From the IMG/VR virus record IMGVR_UViG_3300042349_000541, positions 94,773-158,772 of that record: a stretch of DNA of 64,000 nucleotides; one strand, given 5' to 3'. The stretch's first letter is position 1. Each line of letters begins with the position of its first letter. Position numbers and translations under genes: made by a program. The notes under the pieces were generated by a model. It ran no database searches. It had not been told where the DNA came from and saw only the letters and a list, made by a program, of their open reading frames with translations. Shown in pieces: positions 28,071-37,881 of this stretch. Origin of the DNA: a virus. Lineage: Duplodnaviria > Heunggongvirae > Uroviricota > Caudoviricetes.

Positions 28071-28874
28071 ATGTATAGTCATATTAAAGACGGCAATAAT
28101 CAATGGTCGGTATTTTTCAATGGTTCATCGTACACTTTTGATTCCACCCATAAAAACTACGAGAAACTCGTAAGTTGTGTAAGAGAAAAGCTTCCGTATG
28201 AAGAATTTTTGAAGCTTCATAATTCTTCCGAGTCTATTAATGCTTGGGGTAACGGAATTTTCAAAGTCGTTAATGGCTACATCGAATACAAAGGAACTCA
28301 AATTGTAAGTTCTTTATCGGCCAGAATCCTGTCGATGATTGAAGAAGGCTTTGATTATCAACCCATGCTACGATTTGTTGAAAATTTGTACAGCAATCCA
28401 TCGCAAAGATGTCTTGCGGAACTTTATAAGTTTCTAGAGCACAAGAAGTTGCCCATTACTGACGATGGTTGTTTTATTGGGTGGAAAGGTGTTTGCAGGA
28501 GCAATGATTCCTTTATAGATAAAATGAATCGCGTTGTAGCCACGGGCGATTTAGTTGATAAACAGACGGGGACTTCATTTCGCAATGCTCCCGGCGATAT
28601 CAATGAAATGCCTCGCAATCAAGTTTGTGACGACCCCGAAGTTGGATGCGGACCCGGACTACACATCGGTTCTTTCGAGTATGCTCAAAACTGGTCGCCA
28701 ATTGTCGTAGTGTGCAAAGTGAATCCTATGGATGTTGTTTCGGTTGCAAGAGATTGCGGGTTCCAAAAACTTCGATGCTGTAAGTATGAAGTCTTGTCAG
28801 TTGATGAATATAATACAAATGATAACTTTGAAAAGTCTGTATGGTCAAATTATGATGAAAATGATAATGAGTGA
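28071..28874 (+). CDS. hypothetical protein
   Basis: TAAATG coupling to GHKL gene. Confidence 0.35.
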   Translation: MYSHIKDGNNQWSVFFNGSSYTFDSTHKNYEKLVSCVREKLPYEEFLKLHNSSESINAWGNGIFKVVNGYIEYKGTQIVSSLSARILSMIEEGFDYQPMLRFVENLYSNPSQRCLAELYKFLEHKKLPITDDGCFIGWKGVCRSNDSFIDKMNRVVATGDLVDKQTGTSFRNAPGDINEMPRNQVCDDPEVGCGPGLHIGSFEYAQNWSPIVVVCKVNPMDVVSVARDCGFQKLRCCKYEVLSVDEYNTNDNFEKSVWSNYDENDNE

Positions 28875-29121
28875 TAATCAAGTTGAATATAGAGCGTTTG
28901 CATGTATGGAAGAGTATGCACCCCATCGAGATCGATGGATAGCAAGGCAAGGTGTGGATGGTCGTCGTGCCCCCGGAGCGTCTAAAGTTTGGAGTTACGA
29001 TCTGCACGGCGTATACTGGGCCAATGGCACTCGTTCGCCCTATAAGGAGTTATTTGAGTCTGGTCGAGTTTTTGAAGACGACGGAACCCCGTTTGGAATG
29101 AAGGTAAAAAACAATGACTAA
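28867..29121 (+). CDS. hypothetical protein (GC-richer segment)
   Basis: ATG 28867 overlapping upstream stop; track ORF 28732..29121 trimmed. Confidence 0.3.
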   Translation: MSDNQVEYRAFACMEEYAPHRDRWIARQGVDGRRAPGASKVWSYDLHGVYWANGTRSPYKELFESGRVFEDDGTPFGMKVKNND

Positions 29122-29551
29122 AATTGAATTAGGCAAGCGATATGTAACCCGTGACGGTAGAAAAGTTATAATTTATTCCGTAAATAGCGGCAGCTCTCGC
29201 TGTGTACATGGAGCCGTAGAAGGAAATGACGGTTATTTTATTTGTCACTGGCATGAAAACGGAAGATCTTCAAAGCTTTATGAACATGACTTAGATTTAA
29301 TAGAGTGCCCGTTTCTTAAGGAGGGTTGTTTTACGGTAAAATCTGGAAATTATTGTATTTATATAAAACAAGATGGTGCAGCATTAACTGTTAATAATGG
29401 CGACAACCGGGCGACTATTCATTTGACTAAAGATGAATGTATTGAACTAGCTAACATTTTAAGTCCTCCCGCAGAACCTGAGATCCCTACTTCAGTTCCA
29501 CCACCTAGAAAACGCCCGGAAGAATTTAACTTTTTTAGAAGGAACTTCTAA
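29114..29551 (+). CDS. hypothetical protein
   Basis: ORF-track ORF. Confidence 0.3.
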   Translation: MTKIELGKRYVTRDGRKVIIYSVNSGSSRCVHGAVEGNDGYFICHWHENGRSSKLYEHDLDLIECPFLKEGCFTVKSGNYCIYIKQDGAALTVNNGDNRATIHLTKDECIELANILSPPAEPEIPTSVPPPRKRPEEFNFFRRNF

Positions 29552-29757
29552 TGAAAACTGCTCAAGTTAAACTGTTATTACAAAATATCGACAGCCCGCA
29601 ACATTCAATCGAAATTATTTCGTATATCGAATCTCTAGAAAATAAAATTGATGGTCTTAACGACACCATAGACTATCTACGTAATGAAGTTGCAAATTTA
29701 GAAGAAGAAATGGTTTGTCTAAAGTTGACTGATATGTATGATCCAAATGATCGTTAA
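29551..29757 (+). CDS. hypothetical coiled-coil protein
   Basis: TAATG coupling. Confidence 0.3.
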   Translation: MKTAQVKLLLQNIDSPQHSIEIISYIESLENKIDGLNDTIDYLRNEVANLEEEMVCLKLTDMYDPNDR

Positions 29758-29766
29758 TTTAATTAT

Positions 29767-29919
29767 ATGAATAAAAAATTCTACATAAAAAAATCTCCGG
29801 ATGACGATCTTCTATATATTGTATGCGATAAACTCGACATAGAATATTTTTCTGGAAATCTATCTGATTGTTATGCTTTCGTAAAACTAGAAGAAGAAGG
29901 ATATGACTTCAGATTTTGA
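29767..29919 (+). CDS. small hypothetical ORF (50 aa)
   Basis: ATG 29767 to TGA 29917-29919; below track cut-off. Confidence 0.2.
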   Translation: MNKKFYIKKSPDDDLLYIVCDKLDIEYFSGNLSDCYAFVKLEEEGYDFRF

Positions 29920-29939
29920 TTTTAAAACTTGTGAGTAAT

Positions 29940-30326
29940 ATGTTGAAAAATAAAATATTGCAAAGATGCATAAAAGAAGCCCGAGAGAATATTATGCTTG
30001 CACAATTCAGATGCAAGCATTTTTCTTTTTTGGTGCGTAAAAGCCATATTGTTTCGGTAGGTATTAACCATCAGTACAAAACGCATCCTCTTGCGGCAAA
30101 ATACGGACATAGATTTAGTAGTATCCATTCTGAAATACATGCCGTATCTAACTGGAAGTACGGCCTAGAAGATTGTATTTTGTTAAATATTCGACTTGAC
30201 AAATGGGGAAACTTGAGATATAGTGAGCCGTGTCAATACTGCAAAAAATTTCTTGAAGATATAGGTTTACATTATATGTTTTCTAGCGAAAACGGTTTTA
30301 TGGAAAGAAAAAATACATATGAATAA
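29940..30326 (+). CDS. zinc-dependent cytidine/dCMP deaminase-like protein
   Basis: HSEIHAV (H-x-E) and PCQYC (PCxxC) zinc-binding motifs of the CDA fold; start may be the TTG at 29916 instead. Confidence 0.5.
   Translation: MLKNKILQRCIKEARENIMLAQFRCKHFSFLVRKSHIVSVGINHQYKTHPLAAKYGHRFSSIHSEIHAVSNWKYGLEDCILLNIRLDKWGNLRYSEPCQYCKKFLEDIGLHYMFSSENGFMERKNTYE
30196..30224 (+). promoter_or_regulatory. sigma-70-like promoter (TTGACA-17-TATAGT), intragenic upstream of 30319 gene
   Basis: hexamers 30196-30201 and 30219-30224. Confidence 0.4.
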
Positions 30327-30897
30327 CACTGCCGCCCTTAAAAAAATAGCCAAATCACTAAAAGTCTCAAAGATTGCAAATGTCGTTTTAAATGATAAAA
30401 GATTTGCAATTTGCTCAGGGTCTTCAAAACCTACTAATCATCATTACGGAGATGAAGGTCTGCAAAAACACACCTTTGAAGTTGTTGAATTATGCCTCCA
30501 AAATAATGAATATTTCAAATCTCTCAACAAAGCAGTTTGTGATCGCAAATTGTTTCTTGCAGCACTCTTTCATGACTCGGGCAAAATGTGGGATTATACA
30601 TATTCGGGGCATATTTTATATGATCCGCCTTATGATCATGGCAAGGCAGAAGGCTGGATAGAAACGCCACACAAGCGAAACATTCATCATATCAGCCGAT
30701 CTGGAATCTTATGGAGCCAAGCCGCTAAAGATCATGGATTCAAAGATGAAAATGACGAAGTCTTACATGCAATTTTAGCTCATCATGGCTTGAGAGAGTG
30801 GGGCAGTCCTGTTTCTCCTAATAGTCGCTTAGCATGGCTTTTACATTTATGTGATTGTATTAGTGCCAGAATGGACGACGTAGATAAAAATAATTAA
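30319..30897 (+). CDS. HD-domain phosphohydrolase
   Basis: AALFHDSGK (HD motif) plus downstream His clusters HHISRSG, LAHHG. Confidence 0.45.
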   Translation: MNNTAALKKIAKSLKVSKIANVVLNDKRFAICSGSSKPTNHHYGDEGLQKHTFEVVELCLQNNEYFKSLNKAVCDRKLFLAALFHDSGKMWDYTYSGHILYDPPYDHGKAEGWIETPHKRNIHHISRSGILWSQAAKDHGFKDENDEVLHAILAHHGLREWGSPVSPNSRLAWLLHLCDCISARMDDVDKNN

Positions 30898-30910
30898 CAC
30901 AGGAGTAATT

Positions 30911-31405
30911 ATGAACGTTTTTGTTTTAGACGAACATCCCGGTGCTGCGGCAGTTTACCATAACGATGTACATGTACGCAAAATGATTTTAGAGGCCGCT
31001 CAAATGCTCTCTACCGCTGTCCGAATCAACAATCCGGGCAAGGACATCAACGTGTACAAACAAGCCTACGTGAAGCATCCTTGTACTATTAAATGTACGA
31101 CCAATCGCGATAATTTTGTTTGGGTTTTAGAACTTGCCGAATATCTTGCCAAAGAATTCGTTTTTAGATTTGACAAAGAGCACGCATCTGCTAGAATACT
31201 TCCAGTGGCCCGAGAGCATATCGAAACCATTCCGGTTTCACCTGACGGGCTTAAATTCGCCCAAGCAATGCCCGATCAGTATAAACACGACTGCCCGGTA
31301 ACTGCTTATCGCAACTACTATAGAAATGAAAAAGTTTACATGAAGAACGGTAAATTCATGTGTGTTTATACTAAGCGTCAAGTACCTAAATTTATGGAGT
31401 CATAA
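30911..31405 (+). CDS. hypothetical protein
   Basis: GGAG RBS. Confidence 0.35.
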   Translation: MNVFVLDEHPGAAAVYHNDVHVRKMILEAAQMLSTAVRINNPGKDINVYKQAYVKHPCTIKCTTNRDNFVWVLELAEYLAKEFVFRFDKEHASARILPVAREHIETIPVSPDGLKFAQAMPDQYKHDCPVTAYRNYYRNEKVYMKNGKFMCVYTKRQVPKFMES

Positions 31406-31605
31406 TGAGATTTACACTAACAGTATTGGCATTTTTTACTGAATTTATAACAGTCTTTATGCTGATTTATTATGGAGCAATGTTTATTAATATGCCCGAC
31501 ACATATATGAATATCGCCGGACTGTTTTTGTTTGCTTCAATTTTAATTTTAGTTTATCAGTTTGTAAAAGTTTATCAATTTATTTGGAGGAAAAAGAATG
31601 TTTAG
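31405..31605 (+). CDS. small membrane protein (2 TM)
   Basis: hydrophobic segments. Confidence 0.3.
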   Translation: MRFTLTVLAFFTEFITVFMLIYYGAMFINMPDTYMNIAGLFLFASILILVYQFVKVYQFIWRKKNV

Positions 31606-32437
31606 ATTGAGTATGTTGGTCATGTGTGTATTTTTTGTTTCTACATTTTCCGGATGCAGAAATCTAATTGAGCCGGGCTATGTAGGAATCAAAGTTAATA
31701 ATTATGGTAGTCAGAAGGGAGTGGAAGATTATCCCGTCTTAACCGGAGCAGTGTGGTACAACCCATTTACTACTACCGTATATGAGTATCCGACCTTTAC
31801 TCAAAATGCTACATGGGATGGAAATGAAAAAATTTCATTCAATACGAGCGAGGGTAGTAGAATTACTTGTGCGGTCGGGCTTTCATATTCACTGTTAGAT
31901 ACAAAGGTTCCGCATATATTTGTTAAACATCGTAAAGATCTAGATAATATTACTCATAATTACTTGCGTAATAAAGTTAGAGATGTTTTGAATAGACACT
32001 CGGCAGAATATACAGCAATTGAAGCTCTCGGGTCTAAAACACAACAGCTTTTAGAGAAAGCCCGTAAGGATTTGGACGAAGAACTTGGTGACGATGGATT
32101 TTTAGTTGATACACTTTCATTTATTTCCGCTCCCGTACCAGATGATTCTCAGGTTGCAGCATCTATCTCGCAAGTTATTAACTCCACACAGAGAGCTATT
32201 GAGGCCACGAACAAGGTTAAGCAAATTGAGGCAGAAGCATTGCAAGAAGTTGCTCGGGCGGAAGGCAAGGCTCAGAGTATTTTACTTGAAGCTAAAGCAC
32301 AGGCCGAGGCAAATAAAATTGTGGCAGAAAGTTTAACTCCCGAACTTATTAATTATAAGCTTACTGAAAAGTGGGACGGGAAAGCCCCTCAGGTTTTAGG
32401 CAGTAACCCATCAATGTTTATGAACTTTACCAAATGA
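31598..32437 (+). CDS. SPFH/band-7 domain lipoprotein
   Basis: lipobox FSGC after signal peptide; C-terminal Ala/Glu-rich coiled-coil region typical of SPFH proteins. Confidence 0.55.
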   Translation: MFRLSMLVMCVFFVSTFSGCRNLIEPGYVGIKVNNYGSQKGVEDYPVLTGAVWYNPFTTTVYEYPTFTQNATWDGNEKISFNTSEGSRITCAVGLSYSLLDTKVPHIFVKHRKDLDNITHNYLRNKVRDVLNRHSAEYTAIEALGSKTQQLLEKARKDLDEELGDDGFLVDTLSFISAPVPDDSQVAASISQVINSTQRAIEATNKVKQIEAEALQEVARAEGKAQSILLEAKAQAEANKIVAESLTPELINYKLTEKWDGKAPQVLGSNPSMFMNFTK

Positions 32438-32976
32438 GAATAAACTGGAATTTTGCTCACGAAAAAAATACTAGCCATGCGACATGGTCCGTGGTTAGTA
32501 TTAAGCCCGCATTCGAAAAAATACAAAGATACTGGAACGTTGAATTTATTCAGGTTTCAAAAAATGCTAGGCTTGAAATAATTCTTACTAATTTAAGCCG
32601 TGGTAAAAATGTACCTATGTGGCAAAATGGTCGCAGAATTTTTGCTTCCGCAGCATATAAATGGGTTAATCCCGATCAAATGGTCTTGGCACTTGTGCAT
32701 GAGATCGGCCACTGGCTTGTGAATGGCGGTGGTCACATTAAACAGCCCGGACATGTCATGAGTGAAGTCTTAGGTGATCCATACGTAAACTTCTCGAAAG
32801 ATGACATGCGATGGTTTGGCAGGCTACCTTGGAAATCTAAAACTAGACCGTGGGATGCGGAAGAAATAAACTTTTTCCGTCCAATGCGTGGTCAAACACT
32901 TGACATATCCAACCCGAATGTTATAATGAATTGTAATAACTTTAGTATTTTTGGTTTATTTGGAGGTAAAAAATGA
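32434..32976 (+). CDS. zinc metallopeptidase-like protein (HEXXH)
   Basis: LVHEIGHWLVNGGGH. Confidence 0.4.
   Translation: MRINWNFAHEKNTSHATWSVVSIKPAFEKIQRYWNVEFIQVSKNARLEIILTNLSRGKNVPMWQNGRRIFASAAYKWVNPDQMVLALVHEIGHWLVNGGGHIKQPGHVMSEVLGDPYVNFSKDDMRWFGRLPWKSKTRPWDAEEINFFRPMRGQTLDISNPNVIMNCNNFSIFGLFGGKK
32900..32927 (+). promoter_or_regulatory. sigma-70 consensus promoter (TTGACA-16-TATAAT, extended -10 TGt)
   Basis: hexamers 32900-32905 and 32922-32927, upstream of prs-like gene. Confidence 0.5.
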
Positions 32977-33764
32977 TTAAGTGTGATAACGTAGAATTTA
33001 TGAAGTTTTCGGCGGGCGAGACATTTTTTAAGTATACAGGCCCGAAAGAAACTGGTGTTATCGATATTGAATGGCAATACGAAGATGATTCCGAAATATT
33101 TCAAATAGCTAATTTGCTGCATTATTTTAAAAACAAGGTAAAATTTGCTCAAATTGATTTGAATGTTCCATATTTTCCTCATGCCCGACAGGATAGATTT
33201 ACCAATGATGAACAACCGTTCAGCCTAGAAGTAGTTTTTAACATACTTCATGCTTATAAAGACAGATTAACTATTTACGTTCACGATATTCATTCGGATG
33301 TATATAAAAAATATTACGAGTTAGATATTATTAATTATTTATCGGATGATGGTTTTTTACCCAGCAATTTAGAATATGATCTAATTGTATGTCCCGACAA
33401 AGGGGCGAAAACACGTTGTCAATATTTCACGGCGGGTTCTAAAAAAATTGTTTACTGCGAGAAAACCCGCGATCCATCCACCGGAAAACTTGGCAAGCCT
33501 GAAATCACTCTTCACGACCGAAAAGCCTTGAATGGGGCGAAAGTGCTTATCCCGGACGATATTTGCGATGGCGGCGGGACGTTTCAACTATTGGCCCGAG
33601 AACTAAAACTATGCGGAACAGAAAAAATATACCTTTATGTAACTCATGGTATTTTCAGTAAGGGTCTCGATGCAATGCCCGACATCGATAAGATTTTCAC
33701 CACAAAAAGTATGTATCACAAATATAAAGATATGATTGGAGACAAGCTATGTTGTTTAGGCTAA
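32973..33764 (+). CDS. ribose-phosphate pyrophosphokinase family protein (Prs; alternatively ADPR-PP synthase Adps-like)
   Basis: FSAGET (cf. FSDGE), VPYFPHARQDR (RQDR motif), PRTase motif VLIPDDICDGGGT. Confidence 0.65.
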   Translation: MIKCDNVEFMKFSAGETFFKYTGPKETGVIDIEWQYEDDSEIFQIANLLHYFKNKVKFAQIDLNVPYFPHARQDRFTNDEQPFSLEVVFNILHAYKDRLTIYVHDIHSDVYKKYYELDIINYLSDDGFLPSNLEYDLIVCPDKGAKTRCQYFTAGSKKIVYCEKTRDPSTGKLGKPEITLHDRKALNGAKVLIPDDICDGGGTFQLLARELKLCGTEKIYLYVTHGIFSKGLDAMPDIDKIFTTKSMYHKYKDMIGDKLCCLG

Positions 33765-34201
33765 TACTAACTGTTACTATTTTATCTTCTATAGTTGTAG
33801 GGTACGCTTTTACGGCAAGCCCGCAGGAAAAACAAGATAAAAAAAGAGATTTTGTTGTCGTGCTTCCGGCCAAGGTTAAGTCTGTTTATGATGGAGACAC
33901 CATTACAGTAGAATTTACCATTAAGTCTAACATTAGATTATTGGATTGTTGGGCACCAGAAGTTAAAACTAAAGATCCCGCAGAAAAGAAGCGTGGGCTA
34001 GAATCCAAGAAACATTTGGAAACACTACTTAAACCCGGCGATAATATAGTTTTAGAAATTCCTTATAACGGAACTATTGGTGATTCGGTAAACATGTCAA
34101 GATTTTTGGCGAAAGTCTACAAAGATGTTGACGGAGACGGCGAAGAAGACAATATTTCAACTATAATGGTTAGAGACGGATACGCAAAGGAGAAGAAATG
34201 A
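33749..34201 (+). CDS. secreted staphylococcal-nuclease (SNase/thermonuclease)-like protein
   Basis: signal peptide; VYDGDTITVEF ... LLDCWAPE ... K motifs of SNase fold. Confidence 0.5.
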   Translation: MLFRLILTVTILSSIVVGYAFTASPQEKQDKKRDFVVVLPAKVKSVYDGDTITVEFTIKSNIRLLDCWAPEVKTKDPAEKKRGLESKKHLETLLKPGDNIVLEIPYNGTIGDSVNMSRFLAKVYKDVDGDGEEDNISTIMVRDGYAKEKK

Positions 34202-34578
34202 ATATACTATTTTTAGATGATTGCCCGCAAAGAACTAAAAAATTCAAGAGCTTGCTCCCAATGGCGGTTACTTGCGAAACGGCTCAACAGTGCATCGATT
34301 TACTTCCAACGGAAGATTGGGACTATGTATTTTTGGATCACGATCTTGGCGGTGCCACTTATCAAGACTCGGAAGAATTTAATACAGGAATGCAGGTTGT
34401 TAGGTATATAGTTGATAATCCGCAGAACGTTCAACACTTTGTTGTGCATTCATTGAATCACGGTGCTGCTATGAACATGGTTGATCTATTGCGTCAGTGC
34501 GAATATGCAGTCTCTAGATGCACCTTTCTAGATATTGAAAATTTTATAAGAATCAAAATATACGGATACCTAGATTAG
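34198..34578 (+). CDS. hypothetical protein (degenerate receiver-like fold?)
   Basis: ILFLDD ... VFLDHDLGG ... VVHSLN pattern loosely resembles CheY-like receiver; weak. Confidence 0.25.
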   Translation: MNILFLDDCPQRTKKFKSLLPMAVTCETAQQCIDLLPTEDWDYVFLDHDLGGATYQDSEEFNTGMQVVRYIVDNPQNVQHFVVHSLNHGAAMNMVDLLRQCEYAVSRCTFLDIENFIRIKIYGYLD

Positions 34579-34580
34579 TC

Positions 34581-35375
34581 ATGGAATTTATAATTCAAAA
34601 AAATTGTCAGTTCTCGGGCGGCGAAACTGACAGACTGATTAACGCACTAAAGCTTAATAAAGCTAAGTATACTTTGACAGACAGTGCCTATATCGAAGAC
34701 GGTGTTACGGCCAATGCCGATATATTTGTTCGCGGCTCTATCAAGTTTGTGAATCAGTTCAATTTAATGTACGGGGAGTACACTAACTTGTATACTACCA
34801 ACGTAAGTAATTATACTTATAGCGAGTATACTAAAGATATCGATGACGATATGTTGAATCAGAGTTATATTATTATGCCGTGGCATAAATTATATAGACC
34901 ATACACTAGAGATATTATTAAATCAGCCACAGCATCTAATAGATTTTTTATCAGGCCCAATAGCGGTAAAAAAATATTCACCGGCACAACATTAGGCTAC
35001 AAATATTTTACTAAAGAACTTGATATAATCAAAAGTCTTCCGGACTCAAATATTAATGATAATGATCTTATTGTTATTGATTCGGCTAAAGATATAAACA
35101 TGGAATATAGATTATTAATGCATGGAAACACCATAATTGATTATGTTCCTTATGTTATAAATAATCCAGTAAAAGTAAATATAAAAAATGATTTTACTGA
35201 GCTAGCATTAAAAATAAAACACTTTCCCGATACATTTTACGTTCTCGATATTTGTTATTATAAATGCTTTCCTTATATCTTGGAACTTAATGGAGCATCT
35301 ACATCGGGCTGGTATGACATGGACTACGATAAAATCGTTAAGTATATTACAGGGGTAAGTAATGAACAATATTAA
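34581..35375 (+). CDS. hypothetical protein
   Basis: ORF-track ORF. Confidence 0.35.
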   Translation: MEFIIQKNCQFSGGETDRLINALKLNKAKYTLTDSAYIEDGVTANADIFVRGSIKFVNQFNLMYGEYTNLYTTNVSNYTYSEYTKDIDDDMLNQSYIIMPWHKLYRPYTRDIIKSATASNRFFIRPNSGKKIFTGTTLGYKYFTKELDIIKSLPDSNINDNDLIVIDSAKDINMEYRLLMHGNTIIDYVPYVINNPVKVNIKNDFTELALKIKHFPDTFYVLDICYYKCFPYILELNGASTSGWYDMDYDKIVKYITGVSNEQY

Positions 35376-36063
35376 TGTCGGAAAATGCAGGAGTTGTCAA
35401 AGAAAAGATTTGCATAAAATGTGTCCTGCATACGAAACGCCTTATTATATGAGCGGCGAGCCGTTTACAAAAGAAGTAGAATCAATCTACCATAAATTCT
35501 CTCTTTTTATAAATGGAAAACTAATGAGAAGTGCTTATTTTTTTTCTCAGAAAGCTCATAAAGGACAAAAACGCAGAGATGGCAAGGATTATTTTCTAGG
35601 GCACGTTTTGCCCGTAGCAATGATGACCAATTATTATTGTATTGAAAGTGGTGGGTGCTTAGAAGATTACATAACAACTTTAATTTCTGCTCTATTGCAT
35701 GATGTAGTTGAGGACACTTCTGTAACTTTACAAGATATAGAAAATTATTTTGGTAATAATGTAGCGTGTACTGTGGATGCTTTAACTAGAAGAAAAGAAG
35801 AAAATTACTATTACTTTATAGGCAGAATAAAAAAAGAGAAACATGCTCGTACTATAAAATGTTGTGATTTATTCCATAACATGAGCGATACATTACAGAA
35901 AGATAAAAATTCTAACAAATATGCTTTATATCAATTTTCTTTAGATTTATTAAATATAGATACATGCTTTTATACAAGCTTGCATAATATATCCGCAGAT
36001 GCACTTATACTAGACGGCATATTTCAATTTATTAAAAATAACAATGAAAATTTGGCATATTAG
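35362..36063 (+). CDS. small alarmone hydrolase (RelA/SpoT-type HD domain, (p)ppGpp hydrolase)
   Basis: AHKGQKRRDGKDYFLGHVLPVA and LLHDVVEDT motifs match the SpoT/Mesh1 hydrolase HD domain. Confidence 0.65.
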   Translation: MNNINVGKCRSCQRKDLHKMCPAYETPYYMSGEPFTKEVESIYHKFSLFINGKLMRSAYFFSQKAHKGQKRRDGKDYFLGHVLPVAMMTNYYCIESGGCLEDYITTLISALLHDVVEDTSVTLQDIENYFGNNVACTVDALTRRKEENYYYFIGRIKKEKHARTIKCCDLFHNMSDTLQKDKNSNKYALYQFSLDLLNIDTCFYTSLHNISADALILDGIFQFIKNNNENLAY

Positions 36064-36715
36064 CGATACTCACAACCTACACCTACAACTAAAAGTACCG
36101 CAAGTAGATTGTGTTATATTCAGCGGTGATTGTAGCTCAAACGGAAATCCCGCAATAAATTTCCATGAAGTGCTTGCGTTTTTCGAATGGTATGCTATAT
36201 TACCTATAAAGCACAAGGTTTTCGTCGGCGGGAACCACGACTTGGCAATCGAAAGAGGTTTGTACAGTGTGGAAGAAATAAAAAACAGGGATATTTCATA
36301 TCTTATGAATGACTCTGTTGTGATCGAAGGTTTGAAGATTTGGGGCAGTCCATACACGCCATCATACGGGCATGGATGGGCTTGGAACCGCAAGCGGAGC
36401 AAGATTAATGAGGTTTGGGACTTGATTCCAGACGACACGGATATTCTTGTCACGCACGGCCCCCCGCAAGGAATTCTTGACTACACAATTAATATTGATG
36501 GAAGCATTGAAAACTGTGGCTGCTCTAATTTAAGAAAGCGAATTGATAAATTAAACATTAAGGCTTCGCTGTTCGGGCATATACATAATTATAAGTGGAT
36601 TAAAAATAGCGGAATTTTCAGGCCCGCAGGAAGTAATACTGTTTTCAGTAATGCCTCATGCGTTGAAGATGGAAAAATAGATAGTTTAATTTCTTACGGG
36701 AATATTATATGCTAA
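36044..36715 (+). CDS. calcineurin-like metallophosphoesterase
   Basis: HISDTH ... FSGD ... GGNHD ... GHIH motif set. Confidence 0.6.
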   Translation: MKIWHISDTHNLHLQLKVPQVDCVIFSGDCSSNGNPAINFHEVLAFFEWYAILPIKHKVFVGGNHDLAIERGLYSVEEIKNRDISYLMNDSVVIEGLKIWGSPYTPSYGHGWAWNRKRSKINEVWDLIPDDTDILVTHGPPQGILDYTINIDGSIENCGCSNLRKRIDKLNIKASLFGHIHNYKWIKNSGIFRPAGSNTVFSNASCVEDGKIDSLISYGNIIC

Positions 36716-36760
36716 CGCGAGAGTTTTTACTTGCCAGAGAATATTGCTGCGGGCTAGGTT

Positions 36761-37102
36761 GTGCAAACTGCCCATACGTTCCAAAACATACTAGAGGATC
36801 TACTGAAACAAAGGAAACAAAGGAAACAAATGAAAACAAACACAAAGAGACTGATAACAGAAAAAGATAAATGGAGAATTGTTGCAAGTAATTTTTCAGA
36901 TTTAGAAACTATCCTGAAATCTTTTAATTTTGAAGAATTTATTCGAAACGGTGAAAATCCTCCCGATTATTCTAAGTTCGGTCCTGATAGCTGGTTTAAT
37001 TTACTTGAAAAACATTTTGGTATTACCAAAGAGCGTGCAGATAAAATAGTTGATAACTTTATAAAAAAAATGGAAGAAAATAATGCCTACACTAACAGAT
37101 AA
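36761..37102 (+). CDS. hypothetical protein
   Basis: contains 3x tandem 9-bp repeat GAAACAAAG at its 5' end. Confidence 0.3.
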   Translation: MQTAHTFQNILEDLLKQRKQRKQMKTNTKRLITEKDKWRIVASNFSDLETILKSFNFEEFIRNGENPPDYSKFGPDSWFNLLEKHFGITKERADKIVDNFIKKMEENNAYTNR

Positions 37103-37391
37103 AGAAAAAGATTTTTTGCTTAAAGCAATGTTGGCCGATATAGGGGTAACTTTTACTAAAAATTCAAGAAGTTCATATATTTACTTCTTAAAAAGGGTCG
37201 GGATTTTTCGTCGTAAAAAAGTTATCGGGCGTTGCCATCCGGAATTTGAAGATTACGAAATGTATGGATTCCCGTACACTAATAGTAAAATTCATAGCAT
37301 GATTAGAGAAAGATTCAATGTAGACCCTAAAATTATTTTTAATTCTGATTATCCCAGTGATGATATTATTATTCACCCATCCATGTTTTAA
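37083..37391 (+). CDS. hypothetical protein
   Basis: ORF-track ORF. Confidence 0.3.
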   Translation: MPTLTDKEKDFLLKAMLADIGVTFTKNSRSSYIYFLKRVGIFRRKKVIGRCHPEFEDYEMYGFPYTNSKIHSMIRERFNVDPKIIFNSDYPSDDIIIHPSMF

Positions 37392-37485
37392 CATTTTACA
37401 CTTTTAATACAAAAATTCGTTATGTTTCACTTACATATACAGGACAAGAGTACGTCAAACTTAGATATACGCCGAGAATAATATA

Positions 37486-37881
37486 ATGCACTTTGAAATA
37501 AGACATCAAATTTCAGATCTTGAAGAAGAAATATATTGCTTCAATGTTCATAACGATTCAATAACTTATAATTCATTTTTTTCATCAAAAAGAAAAGGGG
37601 TAAATGATCCATTCGGTTATGACTGGCATAAATTTTATGCTAATGCAAAACAGTTAGAATTAAATACTCTTTATAAAGAATTTGGAGAAGATATTAATTA
37701 TTGGAATCATCCGGAAAATTACAGACTTGAAGAACTTGAAGATCGTTACAATCCTATTGCACATGGACTTCTCGGAGGTATTTCTACTTCACATTTAGTT
37801 AAAAAACATCCTTTGAAAATTTCACTAGATGATGTAAAAAATGCACTTATAGAAAAAATAAAAAAGATGGAGGTTAGGTAA
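37486..37881 (+). CDS. hypothetical protein
   Basis: ORF-track ORF. Confidence 0.3.
   Translation: MHFEIRHQISDLEEEIYCFNVHNDSITYNSFFSSKRKGVNDPFGYDWHKFYANAKQLELNTLYKEFGEDINYWNHPENYRLEELEDRYNPIAHGLLGGISTSHLVKKHPLKISLDDVKNALIEKIKKMEVR

Noticed and set aside
36807-36842. Tandem 9-bp repeats GAAACAAAG x3 and the (CCA)5 run at 39030-39044 as a possible CRISPR or other repeat array
   Set aside because: They are short in-frame coding microsatellites (encoding QRKQRKQ and PPPPP) with no spacer-repeat architecture. There are no CRISPR-like arrays anywhere in the window.
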